This document shows positions 47,843 through 59,099 of a stretch of 64,000 bases of DNA, one piece after another. Location: positions 140,929,838-140,993,837 of the forward strand of contig JASCQW010000001.1 in NCBI GenBank assembly GCA_030264375.1, written 5' to 3'. The number at the start of each line of letters is the position of its first letter. Position 1 is the stretch's first letter. The stretch is from Carcharhinus longimanus (Eukaryota). The translations under genes and the position numbers were made by a program. The notes below the pieces were generated by a model. It did not search any database. It was not told where the DNA came from and worked only from the letters and a program-made list of their open reading frames with translations.

Positions 47843-49959
47843 CTCCATTTTAATCCCTAACCTTCTCTTTCCTTGCTTACCAGGGAAGAGTTAAAATTCC
47901 CCCGGTACATCTGTTGTAAACATTTGCAAAATGGTCAGACTCACCATTGAGGAAACTTTGCATAAAGGATGATCCTACTTCCCAATTATAAATGTGCAAA
48001 AGATGCAGGGGAAGAGGCACCTCAAGTCACAGTTCCTGTTATTGCTAACTACTTAATGACTACACACATTAACTGATGCCCGGAGAACAGTAAAAGGGCC
48101 TATACCCTCAAGAAAGGAAACACATTAAAATAGACAGAGAAGCTGCAGGGGAAAGAATAAATCTGTCCAGTAGAGTAAACATTTTATCAATATTGACAGC
48201 TAACATCTGAAAATTGTTTTCTGGAGTAAGATGAAAGAGATTTGGACCATCTTGCTCAACTGTGTGGATCTGTTTATAAACCTTGCTGACTCGAAAATGC
48301 CACGATAAACTACTCTGCTGTTAAGAAATACAATCACAGCCCACAACAGCAGTGCATAAACTCGGTAATGGCAGACTGATACAATGACCTCCTGGTAATT
48401 GTATTTCTCAATACTTTAGTTCATTACCTCTTCAAACAATTGTCTGCAAATCTTTTCAATGAATGTTTAGGGCAATGCTGCCCTGATGCCAATGGAGAAT
48501 TTTTGCATTGGATGTGCTGTTTTACTAAAACAAGCATTTTTAAAACACAACCTTCTGGTTAATTCCACTAAAATAATCCAGTTAATGGGACTAAAAGCAA
48601 AATTGAAGATTAATTCTGTTGCATGGGTCATTGCCACAATGTCATTGAACTAGAGCGACATGACTCAGAGCTCTGATTGCCAGCTACCAATTAGCTTGAT
48701 GAAGGCTTAGTGCGACACATCCTTTTTCTGGTGCTAGTTCATTGAGGACACGAGGCTGTAAATCCCAATTGCATTCAAGGCTCTTCCAAGCTGATTTATT
48801 AGTCTTACAACAGGACTTGGCATGTCTTTACAAGTGCTCAGTTCACCGTCAGGACACTGACCTGAACTTGTTATAAAGTTTTTCCTGCTCGTTCGTCTTT
48901 TTATTGCAAGACCCATTTCTCAGTTCCCTATTCATAACTTTGAGCGATGTCATTTAAACTCACCAAGAAGGCTCCATTTCTATTGATTTTCTTCTGGCAT
49001 ACAGCTACTTTGTCAGATTTGCAGAAGTCAAGGACTAACTAACTCCTTGTTTCTTTGGTGTGTTTTAGAATGGCCAATTATGCGACCAAAGCATTTTAAA
49101 CATCCTTAACCTTTCCAAACCCAGTATATCACTTGACAGATTATTACAAATAATATGCTGGAATAAAGATGTTTGAATTGTAATTACGGCCTCTGGTCCT
49201 ATTTTCCAACCCTAATTTGAAGTAAATTGATGACTTTATCTTTCAGAAGTATGAGTCGTGCATTTGCTGCCTATCGGTAGTGTCAAATCTTTCCAAATGA
49301 GTACAGGAACTAGAAAAGAGTAAACTACGAATGTTTCTGTTTCACCAGGATTATGAGGGAAGAACACAAAAATGTAAAGAAAATACAATCATTTTCCACT
49401 GAAGAATATTTTGCAAATACGATGCTTCATTTTTTTGAGTGAATTTTACATTACACACATATTCCTATTGCTCAGTAGAGCCAGTCTGGCAAAACCATTT
49501 GGATGCTGAGGTTCAGAATAGATCAGCTGGTTTTAATCTCCCATTCAGGTTCTTTCCTATATTCTACCTGAAAGAAGGAAGTAGATAGAAATTATGAAAC
49601 AGAAAGGAGTGTGACAGCTTCCTTATCCCTGCAAAGGTGTAGACATGTAAGCAATGGGTTTAGGATGACTTTGTCAGTCCCAAATATCCATCCTGGGACC
49701 TATTGATCCAATTCAGACCACTATAAAACAGAGGAACTTAGGAGCTCAACTCTGGAATCTTAAAGTTCAATTTGAATGCTTCATCATGCTGTTTGATGTG
49801 AAACTTGGAAGGGGTTTTTCGCCTGCCTCCCCCTTCACCCCTCTCCCCCTCTCTCCCTTCACATCCCCCTCTCCTTCCACCCCTCTCGTCCCCACACAAC
49901 ACCCCTCCCACGCCCCCAACATGTTTTCTGACATTGGAGGCAGCTTGTCATTGGCTGCT

Positions 49960-50098
49960 TGGCAGGATATTCCAGTCCCACCAATATCTGTGGTGTTTCA
50001 TATGGCTTGCCTGTTCCTTCACCGGGGAACTCATCGTTGAGAGTTGCCATTGGCAGGACCGGAAAATCTTGCCAGTGGGAAGGACTGAAAAATCTTGA
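49960..50098. mobile_element. MITE-like element
   Basis: GGATATTCCAGTCCC…GGACCGGAAAATC; homologous to 38995-39142. Confidence 0.5.
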
Positions 50099-50371
50099 AA
50101 TTTGTCTTGTTATTTTAAATTTTCAAGCTCATTCTTTCATTCTGAAGTTTCTTTTGACACAGTTGCACATTTGGAAAATGTTCTTGAAATAAAAGGGAAA
50201 GGCTGAAAAACAATCTATGACAATTTCTGTCTTTTTGGCTTTTTCTTCCTGAGAGGAAGCATCAATAACAGTTTGAATAGCAAGTCTTCAGAGGCAGCAT
50301 CACAGGAGATCTATTTTCTCCTGTAGATATGCAACCACCATGAAGTACAACCCTAGAACATACTTTCACAT

Positions 50372-50558
50372 ATGAAGTGGAGATGCCGGCATTGAACTGA
50401 GGTTGGCACAGTAAGAAGTCTCACAACACCAGATTAAAGTGCAATAGGTTTATTTGGAATCATGAGCTTTCGGAGCACTGCTCCTTCATCAGATGAGACT
50501 CACTTGATGAAGCAGCAGCACTCCAATAAACCTGTTGGACTTTGACATGGTGTTGAGG
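50372..50558. mobile_element. Inverted (head-to-head) pair of Penelope-like terminal repeats
   Basis: Antisense full copy 50372-50497, then a sense, partly deleted copy CTCACTTGATGAAGCAGCAGCACTCC-AATAAACCTGTTGGACTTTGACATGGTGTTG. Confidence 0.75.
50460..50496 (-). ncRNA. Minimal type-I hammerhead ribozyme motif (Penelope-type)
   Basis: Minus strand UCAU-CUGAUGA-A-GGAGC-agu-GCUCC-GAAA-GCU-C-AUGA: stem I UCAU/AUGA, stem II GGAGC/GCUCC, intact core, palindromic AGCU stem III, CUC cleavage triplet. Confidence 0.7.
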
Positions 50559-50559
50559 T

Positions 50560-50817
50560 TTTTTCATGCTCCCTGTTTGCTTTTCTAATTGCTTTCTCAA
50601 GTTCTCTCTTGCACTTCCCAAATTCCTCTGAGGCCACAGCTGAATTGTCCCCTTTGGACTTATTAAAAGCCTTCCTCTTCTTCCTTATCCAGTCCTGAAT
50701 TATACTAGACATCCGGGGTTCCTGAACTTATTGCTCCTACATTTAGAGTTTAGAAGAATGAGGGGAGATCTCATTGAGACGTATAAGATGATGAATGGGA
50801 TGGATAGGATAGAGGTG
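50560..50817. mobile_element. CR1 ORF2 fragments (antisense piece, then a sense piece running into a gap)
   Basis: (-) WIRKKRKAF…CKRELEKAIRKANREHEK; (+) LEFRRMRGDLIETYKMMNGMDRI. Confidence 0.75.
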
Positions 50818-51109
50818 NNNNNNNNNNNNNNNNNNNNNNNNNNNNNNNNNNNNNNNNNNNNNNNNNNNNNNNNNNNNNNNNNNNNNNNNNNNNNNNNNNN
50901 NNNNNNNNNNNNNNNNNNNNNNNNNNNNNNNNNNNNNNNNNNNNNNNNNNNNNNNNNNNNNNNNNNNNNNNNNNNNNNNNNNNNNNNNNNNNNNNNNNNN
51001 NNNNNNNNNNNNNNNNNNNNNNNNNNNNNNNNNNNNNNNNNNNNNNNNNNNNNNNNNNNNNNNNNNNNNNNNNNNNNNNNNNNNNNNNNNNNNNNNNNNN
51101 NNNNNNNNN

Positions 51110-51181
51110 GCAGCGCCTCAAAAGAGCACAATTCCAAATAAATGTTTTGTACTTTAACCTGGTGTTGTGAGACTTCTTACT
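51110..51181 (+). mobile_element. Penelope-like terminal repeat fragment
   Basis: TTCCAAATAAAT…ACTTTAACCTGGTGTTGTGAGACTTCTTACT. Confidence 0.6.
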
Positions 51182-51414
51182 ATAATACAATCATGGAGCT
51201 ATGCAACAAGAGTCTCTCTGCACAAACAGTTATTCAAGGCTGCTTTAAAGTATGAAAAAAACATTGAATTGTTTCAGAGAAGGGAAATGAAACATTAATC
51301 AACACAATACCAAAGGAGGAAGGAGGCGACCTAAAGCTACATAAAAAAGATGTATTTGAAAGAGATTTTTGAAGCTGGAGAGGCAGTGCATTTTAAGAAT
51401 TCAATTGCAGACAT

Positions 51415-51603
51415 TAGACCCAATTTAGCACGGCTAATCAACCTAACCCACATATCTTTAGACTGTGAGAGGAAACTGGAGCTTCCAGAGAAAACCCACG
51501 CTGACATGGGGAGAATGTGCCAACTCCACATGGAGCCAAGCCGGGAATTGAACCCAGGTCCCTGGCACTGTGAGGAAACAGTGCTATCCACTGTGCCACC
51601 GTG
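51415..51603 (-). mobile_element. HE1-type SINE 5' part
   Basis: CAATTTAGCACGGCTAATCAACCTAACCC…CCCTGGCACTGTGAGG…CACTGTGCCACCGTG. Confidence 0.8.
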
Positions 51604-51904
51604 GGAAGGAAAAGAAATGGAGGAATTTGTATATAAAGCTGAGAATTTTAATATTTGGACATTGGTGGACCAGAAGCTAGATAGGTCAGTAAACACAGGT
51701 TTAAACAAATTGAAAGACAAGTCAAAATGGTAAGGAATAAGAAAATCATTACATAGGAACTAGAAGCAGAAATAACTTGGGCGGAGTTCTCCTATCCCAT
51801 TCACAATGGGTTAGGTGGCTGGCTGGAATGGAGAATCTAGCAGAAACAAAAGGTCAGAGACCCTCTGGCATAAAATGTTGTTGGCATTAGCTGCATTAGC
51901 TGCA

Positions 51905-51931
51905 TTAGGGTTAGGGTTAGGGTTAGGGTTA
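51905..51931 (+). repeat. Interstitial telomeric repeat (TTAGGG)4 TTA
   Basis: Read directly; preceded by GCATTAGCT tandem copies. Confidence 0.9.
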
Positions 51932-52134
51932 ATCCCATTGGCTGGAGGATTTAAATATGCTAATCTGGTTCATGCCCTTGCTGAGCATGAAGCAGATTAC
52001 GCTGCTGGCTGGGACGGGGAGAATCTCACAAGTTGTGTTTGGCTCCTTTCACACACGTCGCTGGCCATAATGCGTTCTGCGCCCGCGCAGCCAGGCCAAG
52101 AGATTCACCCCCATGGCGCTTTTCAGGGCCGCAG

Positions 52135-52290
52135 AAGGTTCCAAAGCACCTTACAGCCAATGAAGTACTTTTGAAGTATAATCACTGCTATAAAATAAGA
52201 AACATAGTAGTCAATTTGTACACAGCAAGTGTTCATAAACAACAATGCAATAATAACCAGATAATCTGTTTTTAGTAATGTTAATGTAAG
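52135..52290 (-). mobile_element. DeuSINE/L2-type 3' tail fragment
   Basis: CAAAGCACCTTACAGCCAATGAAGTACTTTTGAAGTATAATCACTG…AATTTGTACACAGCAAG…CCAGATAATCTGTTTTT; similar to 8395-8500 and 21790-21950. Confidence 0.55.
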
Positions 52291-52639
52291 CAAATCAAAG
52301 AGGTATTCTTTCTGCACTGACATTGTTTTATGCATTCCGAAGATGACCTTATGACCTATTCTGGGGTCAGCAGGCAAAAACAACCCTTTTTCTATTTCCT
52401 GCCCTCTTTTCTGTTGCTAGGCTTACTCAGAGAGCAAGTCCGTATTATGAGTTCCCCGAGCTATGTCAATGACCCAGGACTCAAATTCTGGATGCCCCCT
52501 GGGCCCAGATAAGAACAGTGTACTTTGGAATGCTATCCCAGGCTGGCACCAGGTTAGAGACAGGCAGTAAGAAAGCATGTGCTTCAGTGCAAATCAACAA
52601 CTGAGGTAAGGCTGACTGGCCTACAACTATACAGGTTAT

Positions 52640-53600
52640 CTCCTCCAAAAGACTGTAACATTTAATACCCTTCAAAGATTTTCCTAAAATTATGATGAGT
52701 AAATCCGCAATTCTCCCACCTCCAATCCCCTAAGCTCTTTGTTTCCCTTCTAAACTTTTAAATTTCTCTGAAATTACCCCCTCACCCCTTTATTTACCAC
52801 CTGCCTTTTTTGAAACCTCACCTCTTACATATCAGGGAAAATCCCCAGCCAATCTGACAATCTGCCTTTCCCCTTACTCCAAATATATTGTAATTTAACC
52901 GTTCTGTTTTTCTAACCAATTAATCAACGTTAACTTCCCTTTCATCACTGATTTCAGGTTCAGCACCTTTACCTGCGATGCTGCTTTCTCTTTTGTTATT
53001 TTTATGTGAAGCTAATTAGTTGTTGTCACTATTTCTGAAGCGTTCTTCCACCTTTGGGTCACTGTGTTGTCCTGCTTCATTGCCTAAAATCAATCTAGCA
53101 CTGCATTCCTCATTGTTGCTCAAGTGTACTGATCAAGAAAACGCTCCAAAATGCATTCTTAGAATCCCTCTTCATATCCACTGCAGACCTTTGCCTTACC
53201 CCAGTCTACCCTTGAATTCCTAACTATCGCAATTCTGACTGTAACTTCTTAGAAAAATCCATCCTCAATTTCTCACTCTCCAATGGCCTATGATATGTTA
53301 CAAATATGTTTTAAAAATCCAGATTATTTCTTAATTGAAACCATGCAGTCTATCTGCTCACAATCATAATTAAATGTTCCCTTCTGTGGCATTAATGCTA
53401 TCTTAATTAATTCACTTGTTCTTCCCTTTTGATTTCCTTCTCTTATTNNNNNNNNNNATTTGGCTGACATCTTGTACTTGGGAGTATTTAGTTCCCAGAT
53501 CAGCCATAACTGAAGCCAAATCTCTGTCAAGGTTAAAACAACAAACCCCTCAATTCTAGTTAGTGCTCCCAATATTTTGCAAATTCATATGTCTGCACTG
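52640..53600 (-). mobile_element. Degenerate CR1 ORF2 5' part (APE endonuclease)
   Basis: IEGFVVLTLTEIWLQLWLIWELNTPKY…REGNQKG resembles the CR1 endonuclease DVVAITETWL…WELNIPGY…GKGGG. Confidence 0.6.
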
Positions 53601-53969
53601 CAACAAATTTTTCTTCCCTCCTTTCCCCATACTCGCTGTGTGGAATTTCCTGGCTGGACTTGGCCCAAGACTGGAGGTCAACAGACCCACGCATGGTCCT
53701 TTCCGGCCTGCTACAATTCCCTTGGCAGACGGAACAGGAAAATTCAATTCTTTTCTCCCACACTACATTTATTTTAACACTTTTTATGCTTGTTCTCATC
53801 CATGTTAGTTTAAATCATTTCCTCTTTATTTTGTTTCACTGCAAGGACACAATTATCCAAGGAGCAACCCATCTGTGGGGTTTATACTTCACCCTAAACC
53901 CATCTCAGCACCCTAGAAACCTAAAAGCTTTGTTTCTACATCATCTTCCACACCATGTATTGAGGTTTG

Positions 53970-54298
53970 GTTTATTCATTCATGGGAGGTGGGTATCTCT
54001 GCCTGGGTCAGATTTGTTGCCCATCCCTTGGACTTAGTGTCTTCTCAGGCCATTTCAGGAGGCAGTTAAGAGTTAACCACACTTGTTGGGTCTGGACTCA
54101 TATGTTAGCCTGACCAGGTAAGGGTAGCAGATTTCCCTCCCTGAAGAATATGAGTGAACCAAATAGTTTCATGGTCTTCATTAGACTTTTAATTCCAGCC
54201 TTTATTGGATTCAGACGTTGCCATTTGCCATGCTAGGATTTGAACCAGATCCCAGAGCATCTGGATCACTAGTCCAGTGACAGTACCACTAGGCCACC
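53970..54298 (-). mobile_element. Family-B SINE
   Basis: GGCCATTTCAGGAGGCAGTTAAGAG…GCAGATTTCCCTCCCTG…GGATTTGAACC…TACCACTAGGCCACC. Confidence 0.7.
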
Positions 54299-54699
54299 TT
54301 ATTGTCTCATGTGTCTATTCACCTTCTCCCTGCACATGAAATCTTGAAATTAGTACTTATGCATTCCTTCTAATCCCAGATGTTAACTGTCCAAACTTAT
54401 TTTTCCTTATGCCATTGGTTACAACACAAGTCATTCAGGCTGCTCACTTACCCCCACTTACTTTGTCATGTCCCTCACTCTGGAACTTGAGAGGCAGCAA
54501 ATCATTTGTCATGTGTGCTCTTCTTTAACACTTCACCCAAGATGACTTTATGCTATACAATGCCACTGTCTTTCTCATGATTCCTCTGTGTCTACCTCAC
54601 CATGTACCAATGGGACAATGGCAGATGCACAAAAAATGCAGAACGGCCTCTCCCTGAGTCTTCCTCTGCCCCCATACATTTGCTGGATATTTCATTAAA

Positions 54700-54972
54700 T
54701 AGAATAGAATCTGTACAATGCAGAAGGAGGTCATTTGGCCATCGAGCCTGCACGACAACAATCCCAACCAAGCCCTATCCCCTTAAGCCGACATATTTAT
54801 TCTCCCTGACACTAAGGGGCAATTTAGCATGTCTAACTCACCTAACTGCACATCCTTGGATTGTGGGGGGGAAACTGGAGCACCCAAAGGAAACCCACAC
54901 AGTTACAGGGAGAACGTGCAAACTCCACACAGTCACTTGAGGCCAGAATTGAACCTGGGTCCTTGGTGCTGT
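54700..54972 (-). mobile_element. HE1-type V-SINE, tail variant 1
   Basis: TAGAATAGAATCTGTACAATGCAGAAGGAGG…GAATTGAACCTGGGTCCTTGGTGCTGTG. Confidence 0.85.
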
Positions 54973-55340
54973 GTTCATTGTTTGGAAAAAGTTCCATCCA
55001 CAAACTAAGGAGTGTGAAAAGGTTTACTTTTGAAAGTCTAGGGCTGAGACCTCTGGCATTACATTCGGTCTGTATAGTTAACGTTCCACCTCATTTACTT
55101 TCCTCATTATTTCTCTCAAGCTCTCTGGTGGCCATCCCATTTAATATGTGTTTGAGGATTGCCTCTAAATGTTTCTCAAGCTCTGTAACTTTGACCTTCA
55201 GCTGCACCACCAGGAGATTTTTTTTTGTACCCGCGATTGTCCAGGCTATCCATGATTTTCAGAGCTCAAATACTGTGAACTTATTTGCTGTTTTCTTCAA
55301 GTAACCTATCAGCTCCTGAGAACAATATTTATATTTTCAG

Positions 55341-55439
55341 CTATAACTGCCCTGCAGCCTGCCACACGGGATATTTCTGGGGCAGGAGGATAGTGATTGA
55401 TCCCTTCTGTTCTGTCCTCTCCTCCACACCTTCTAATCG
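55341..55439 (+). other. Candidate internal exon (99 nt), gene unknown
   Basis: Acceptor ATTTATATTTTCAG| and donor CG|GTAAGT; open in one frame (YNCPAACHTGYFWGRRIVIDPFCSVLSSTPSN), symmetric phase 2; no family recognised. Confidence 0.3.
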
Positions 55440-56159
55440 GTAAGTGTGGAGTTTGTTTGTCTGCAACAATTCACTGTTGATGAAAATTGCTAACTAAAGT
55501 GTAGATGTGTGCGATTACAGCTGTAGAAATGGTTCATTATTGCAGTCGGCTGCTGCTTAATCTATACTATTGATCCATACATCGCTTTCAATGACCTGTG
55601 TGCAGGGTGAAAAGAAGAATATCGAACATGCTGAATAATTGCCAAAGACCTTAAGCGACATTCGCCTGCCCCACAAAACATACAAATTTCTAGCATGTTT
55701 GTGCCTTAAATTTTCTTGCATTTTTCATGGTATGATAACACCACATTTTGGGTGGGCCTGTTTACACTCAGTAACTTCCTTTCCTAACACATTGAAATTT
55801 CTGGACGTGTTGGGAATAGCTGCACAATCTGCCTGCTCATTGAGACCATAAGACCCAGGAGCAGCAGCAGGCCAGTCGGAATATTTGAAGGAAACTCCAG
55901 CAGTTTTGGATGGGTTTTGCTTACTGCCAGCTCCTTACAATTACAGTTTGTTCGATTAGGAGAAAAAAGGAATGGGTCGGACCCCTCTAGCCAGACAGAG
56001 ACAATTAAAATCGGGCCAGGATGATTGAGTATTGAAAGGATTGATTTCATAGAATCATAAAACAACTGTTAAAACAACTGTCTTAAACACCAAAGATGTA
56101 GATCAAAGTAACATGTTACTTTACAACAGCATATAAATCACTTATCTGGCATACATTTT

Positions 56160-56490
56160 TTTGATTTGATTTGATTTGATTTATTATTGTCCCCTGTGCT
56201 GGGATGCAGGGAAAAGTATTGTTCCTTGTGCTCTGTACAGGCAAAACATACCATTCATAAAGTACAGAGCAAAAAAAGAAAAGGAGAGAAGAAAAGAAAA
56301 GGAAAGGAGGAAGCATCTAACAATTACAGTGCAGAAGGAGGCCATTCAGCCCATCAAGCCTACACCAGCCACAATCCCACCCAGGCCTTATTCCCGTAAT
56401 CACACATTTTTACCCTGCTAATCCCTCTGACACCAGATTAAATTTAGCATGGCCAATCAATCTAACCCACACGCACATCTTTGGACTCTT
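56160..56490 (-). mobile_element. Rex/Babar 3' tail fragment next to an HE1 3' fragment
   Basis: (TTTGA)n TTTATTATTGTC…AAAAGTATTGTT (Rex tail); TACAGTGCAGAAGGAGGCCATTCAGCCC…AATTTAGCATGGCCAATC (HE1). Confidence 0.7.
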
Positions 56491-56814
56491 CACTTTCTCT
56501 TCAGTTTAAGCAGATTACAGTCCCACACACAGCATTGGAAATGAGGACTGGCAGCATTGGAAATGAGGACTGGTTAAAGCAGTAACAAGAGGAGAGGAAG
56601 AATAAATCTGGGTGAATACATATGGCCAAAACATATTTGCTATGAAAACTGTATTAGTGATGCATGCATTAGATACATATTTGCTCCATTATTTACAGGG
56701 TTACAGGGAAAGTGAACAGGAAAACAAAATGGCTGAAAGCTCCAGTTGGAACTCAACTTTTATCTTTTGCTTCCTGCCTGCCAACTCAATTTGGATGATG
56801 AAGATTGTTTTAAA

Positions 56815-57077
56815 TGTATTTATTAGTGCCATAAATAGGCTTACATTAACACTGCAGTGAAGTTACTGTGAAAATCCTCCAGTTGCCATATTCCAGCACC
56901 TGTTCAGGTACACTGAGGGAGAATGTAGCATGGCCTATGCTGCTAACCAGCGCACCTTTCAGACTGTGGGAGGAAACCATAGTCAGTGACACTAGACTGT
57001 GATCCAAGCCAGGAATCGAACCTAGGTGCCTGGCACTATGAGGCAGCAATGCAAACCACTGTGCCACTGTGTCACCC
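56815..57077 (-). mobile_element. HE1-type V-SINE, tail variant 2
   Basis: Reverse complement of the variant-2 tail and head, with an internal deletion. Confidence 0.8.
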
Positions 57078-57589
57078 TGGTTGTGATTGGGAGAAAAGGA
57101 TTGGGAGAAAAAGCAACATCATGCTCACATCTCTCAGTATCTTCAAATGCAAGCAATCCCGTTCTGGTGAATTATCAACTTTATATAGATTCAGCCTTTC
57201 TAATATCTCCTTTTAAAATAATTTTTAGCCCCTCTATTATCTCTACTGGTTCTAGAGTAGGTTCAGGGTCACAATCTGGTGATCACCTCACAGACATGGG
57301 TCCACAGTGGGTGGATGGAGTGACAGCCATGGTCTCCAACACTCAGAGGACTACTGGAGACCAGGCCCCTGCTGAGCCTGAGTCCAAAGACCAGCCTCTG
57401 GATTTGGCCCTCAGACAAATATTGGTGATGGAGAAATAAGTAGGGGAACGTCAGGCAGAGTTGTCAGGGGCCATCAACAAATTGTATGAAGGACGGAGGA
57501 GTTCATGTTCTGTCAAATATTTCATGACTCCAGCATGTGAGCACATCAAAGTTCCCACTGGAAGGGTGGTAGGCACTGGCATGCTAAAT

Positions 57590-57713
57590 TGGTAGGATGG
57601 CATGCTAAATTGCCCCTTAGTGTCAGGGGAACTCACAAGGCTAAATGCTTGGGGTATGAGGATATGGCCTGGGTGGAAATGTGGTTGGTGCAGATTGTGG
57701 TTTTGCACTGTAG
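57590..57713 (+). mobile_element. HE1-type SINE 3' part running into a gap
   Basis: GGCATGCTAAATTGCCCCTTAGTGTCAGGGG…GGCCTGGGTGG…GGTGCAGA. Confidence 0.7.
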
Positions 57714-58104
57714 NNNNNNNNNNNNNNNNNNNNNNNNNNNNNNNNNNNNNNNNNNNNNNNNNNNNNNNNNNNNNNNNNNNNNNNNNNNNNNNNNNNNNNN
57801 NNNNNNNNNNNNNNNNNNNNNNNNNNNNNCTAATAAATAAACTTATGGGAGCGGAGATTTGGAGATCTAGTTCTATCTGGATGTGGTTCTATCTTCAGGC
57901 GGTCAAGCCATAAATGTTGATTGATGTAGCCATCTTGCTAAGCTCCTGTCACACCAGCCAGAGTGCATCAATGTGTGTAATAATGTTTCTGCCTCTTGAA
58001 GGCTGTCATGTTCCTGATCTTTGCGTTCCACAATTAAAGGACTACACTATGTGTAGTTGCTGAAAGCAGTAGTGGAGTGCTCATTCCATATCTCAATGAC
58101 CATA

Positions 58105-58380
58105 TACAACCGCATTGCTGTGGCTCTGGAGTCACATGTAGGCCAGACAAGATAAGAACAGCAGATTTCCTTCCCTACAGGACATTAGTGAACCAGATGA
58201 GTTTTTCTGACAATTGAAAATGGTTTCTTGGTCATCAGTAAATTCTTAATTCCAGATATCTTTCATTGAATTCAAATTCCACCATCTGCCGTGGCAGGAA
58301 TTCAAACGCGGGACCCCGGAGTATTTGCTGCATTTCTGGAATAATAGTCTAGTGATAAAGGCAGTAGGCCATCACTTCCC
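58105..58380 (-). mobile_element. Family-B SINE (3'-truncated)
   Basis: CAACCGCATTGCTGTGGCTCTGGAGTCACATGTAGGCCAG…GACATTAGTGAACCAGATG…TAGGCCATCACTTCCCC. Confidence 0.75.
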
Positions 58381-58523
58381 CTTAGGGGAAATGTGCTTCG
58401 TGCCATCAAGTAACCATAGCCTCCAGTGGAGTGATGACTGAGTCGGATTGCCGGGATTGCTGTTCCACTGATAGTTACACATCTGGAAACCCAGCTGTTC
58501 TCATTTTGCCTGACCTTCTGACT

Positions 58524-58834
58524 CAGTAAAAAGTCTAACAACACCAGGTTTTAGTCCAACCGATTTATTTGATAATACTCACAACCTCGAAAGCTTGTGA
58601 GTATTATCAAATAAATCGGTTGGACTAAAACCTGGTGTTGTCAGACTTTTTACTGTGTTNNNNNNNNNNNNNNNNNNNNNNNNNNNNNNNNNNNNNNNNN
58701 NNNNNNNNNNNNNNNNNNNNNNNNNNNNNNNNNNNNNNNNNNNNNNNNNNNNNNNNNNNTTGGACTAAAACCTGGTGTTGTCAGACTTTTTACTGTGTTT
58801 ACGCCAGTCCAATGCTGGCATACCCACATCATGA
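58524..58834. mobile_element. Inverted Penelope-like terminal repeat forming a palindrome with 61-bp arms; 12-bp TSD
   Basis: Arms 58524-58584 and 58595-58655 (one mismatch); CTTCTGACTCAG at 58515-58526 and 58835-58846. Confidence 0.8.
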
Positions 58835-58893
58835 CTTCTGACTCAGGCCAGATGTGTGCAGTGCAATGGGTTCCCATGGCCCTTTGGCCAGGG

Positions 58894-59099
58894 TGATGTG
58901 GAGATGCTGGCATTGGACTGGGATAAAAACAGAAAGAAGTCTCACAACACCAGCTTAAAGTCCAACAGGTTTATTTTTAGCAAACGCCACTAGCTTTTGG
59001 AACAGTCACCTGACGAAGGAACAGTGTTCTGAAAGCTTGTGGCATTTGCTACAAATAAACTTGTTGGGCTTTAAGCTGGTGTTGTGAGACTTCATTCTG
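58894..59099. mobile_element. Inverted pair of Penelope-like terminal repeats; 16-bp TSD
   Basis: Antisense copy then sense copy; CCTTTGGCCAGGGTGA (58881-58896) and CCTTTGTCCAGGGTGA (59100-59115). Confidence 0.8.
59005..59043 (+). ncRNA. Minimal type-I hammerhead ribozyme motif (Penelope-type)
   Basis: GUCAC-CUGACGA-A-GGAAC-agu-GUUCU-GAAA-GCU-U-GUGGC: stem I GUCAC/GUGGC, stem II GGAAC/GUUCU, core boxes present. Confidence 0.6.

Noticed and set aside
51815-52174. ORF with a signal-peptide-like LLALAALAALGLGLGLGL stretch
   Set aside because: The hydrophobic stretch is simply the translation of the GCATTAGCT and TTAGGG repeats.
56530-56573. 22-bp tandem duplication CAGCATTGGAAATGAGGACTGG x2
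   Set aside because: An ordinary two-copy local duplication with no other signal.
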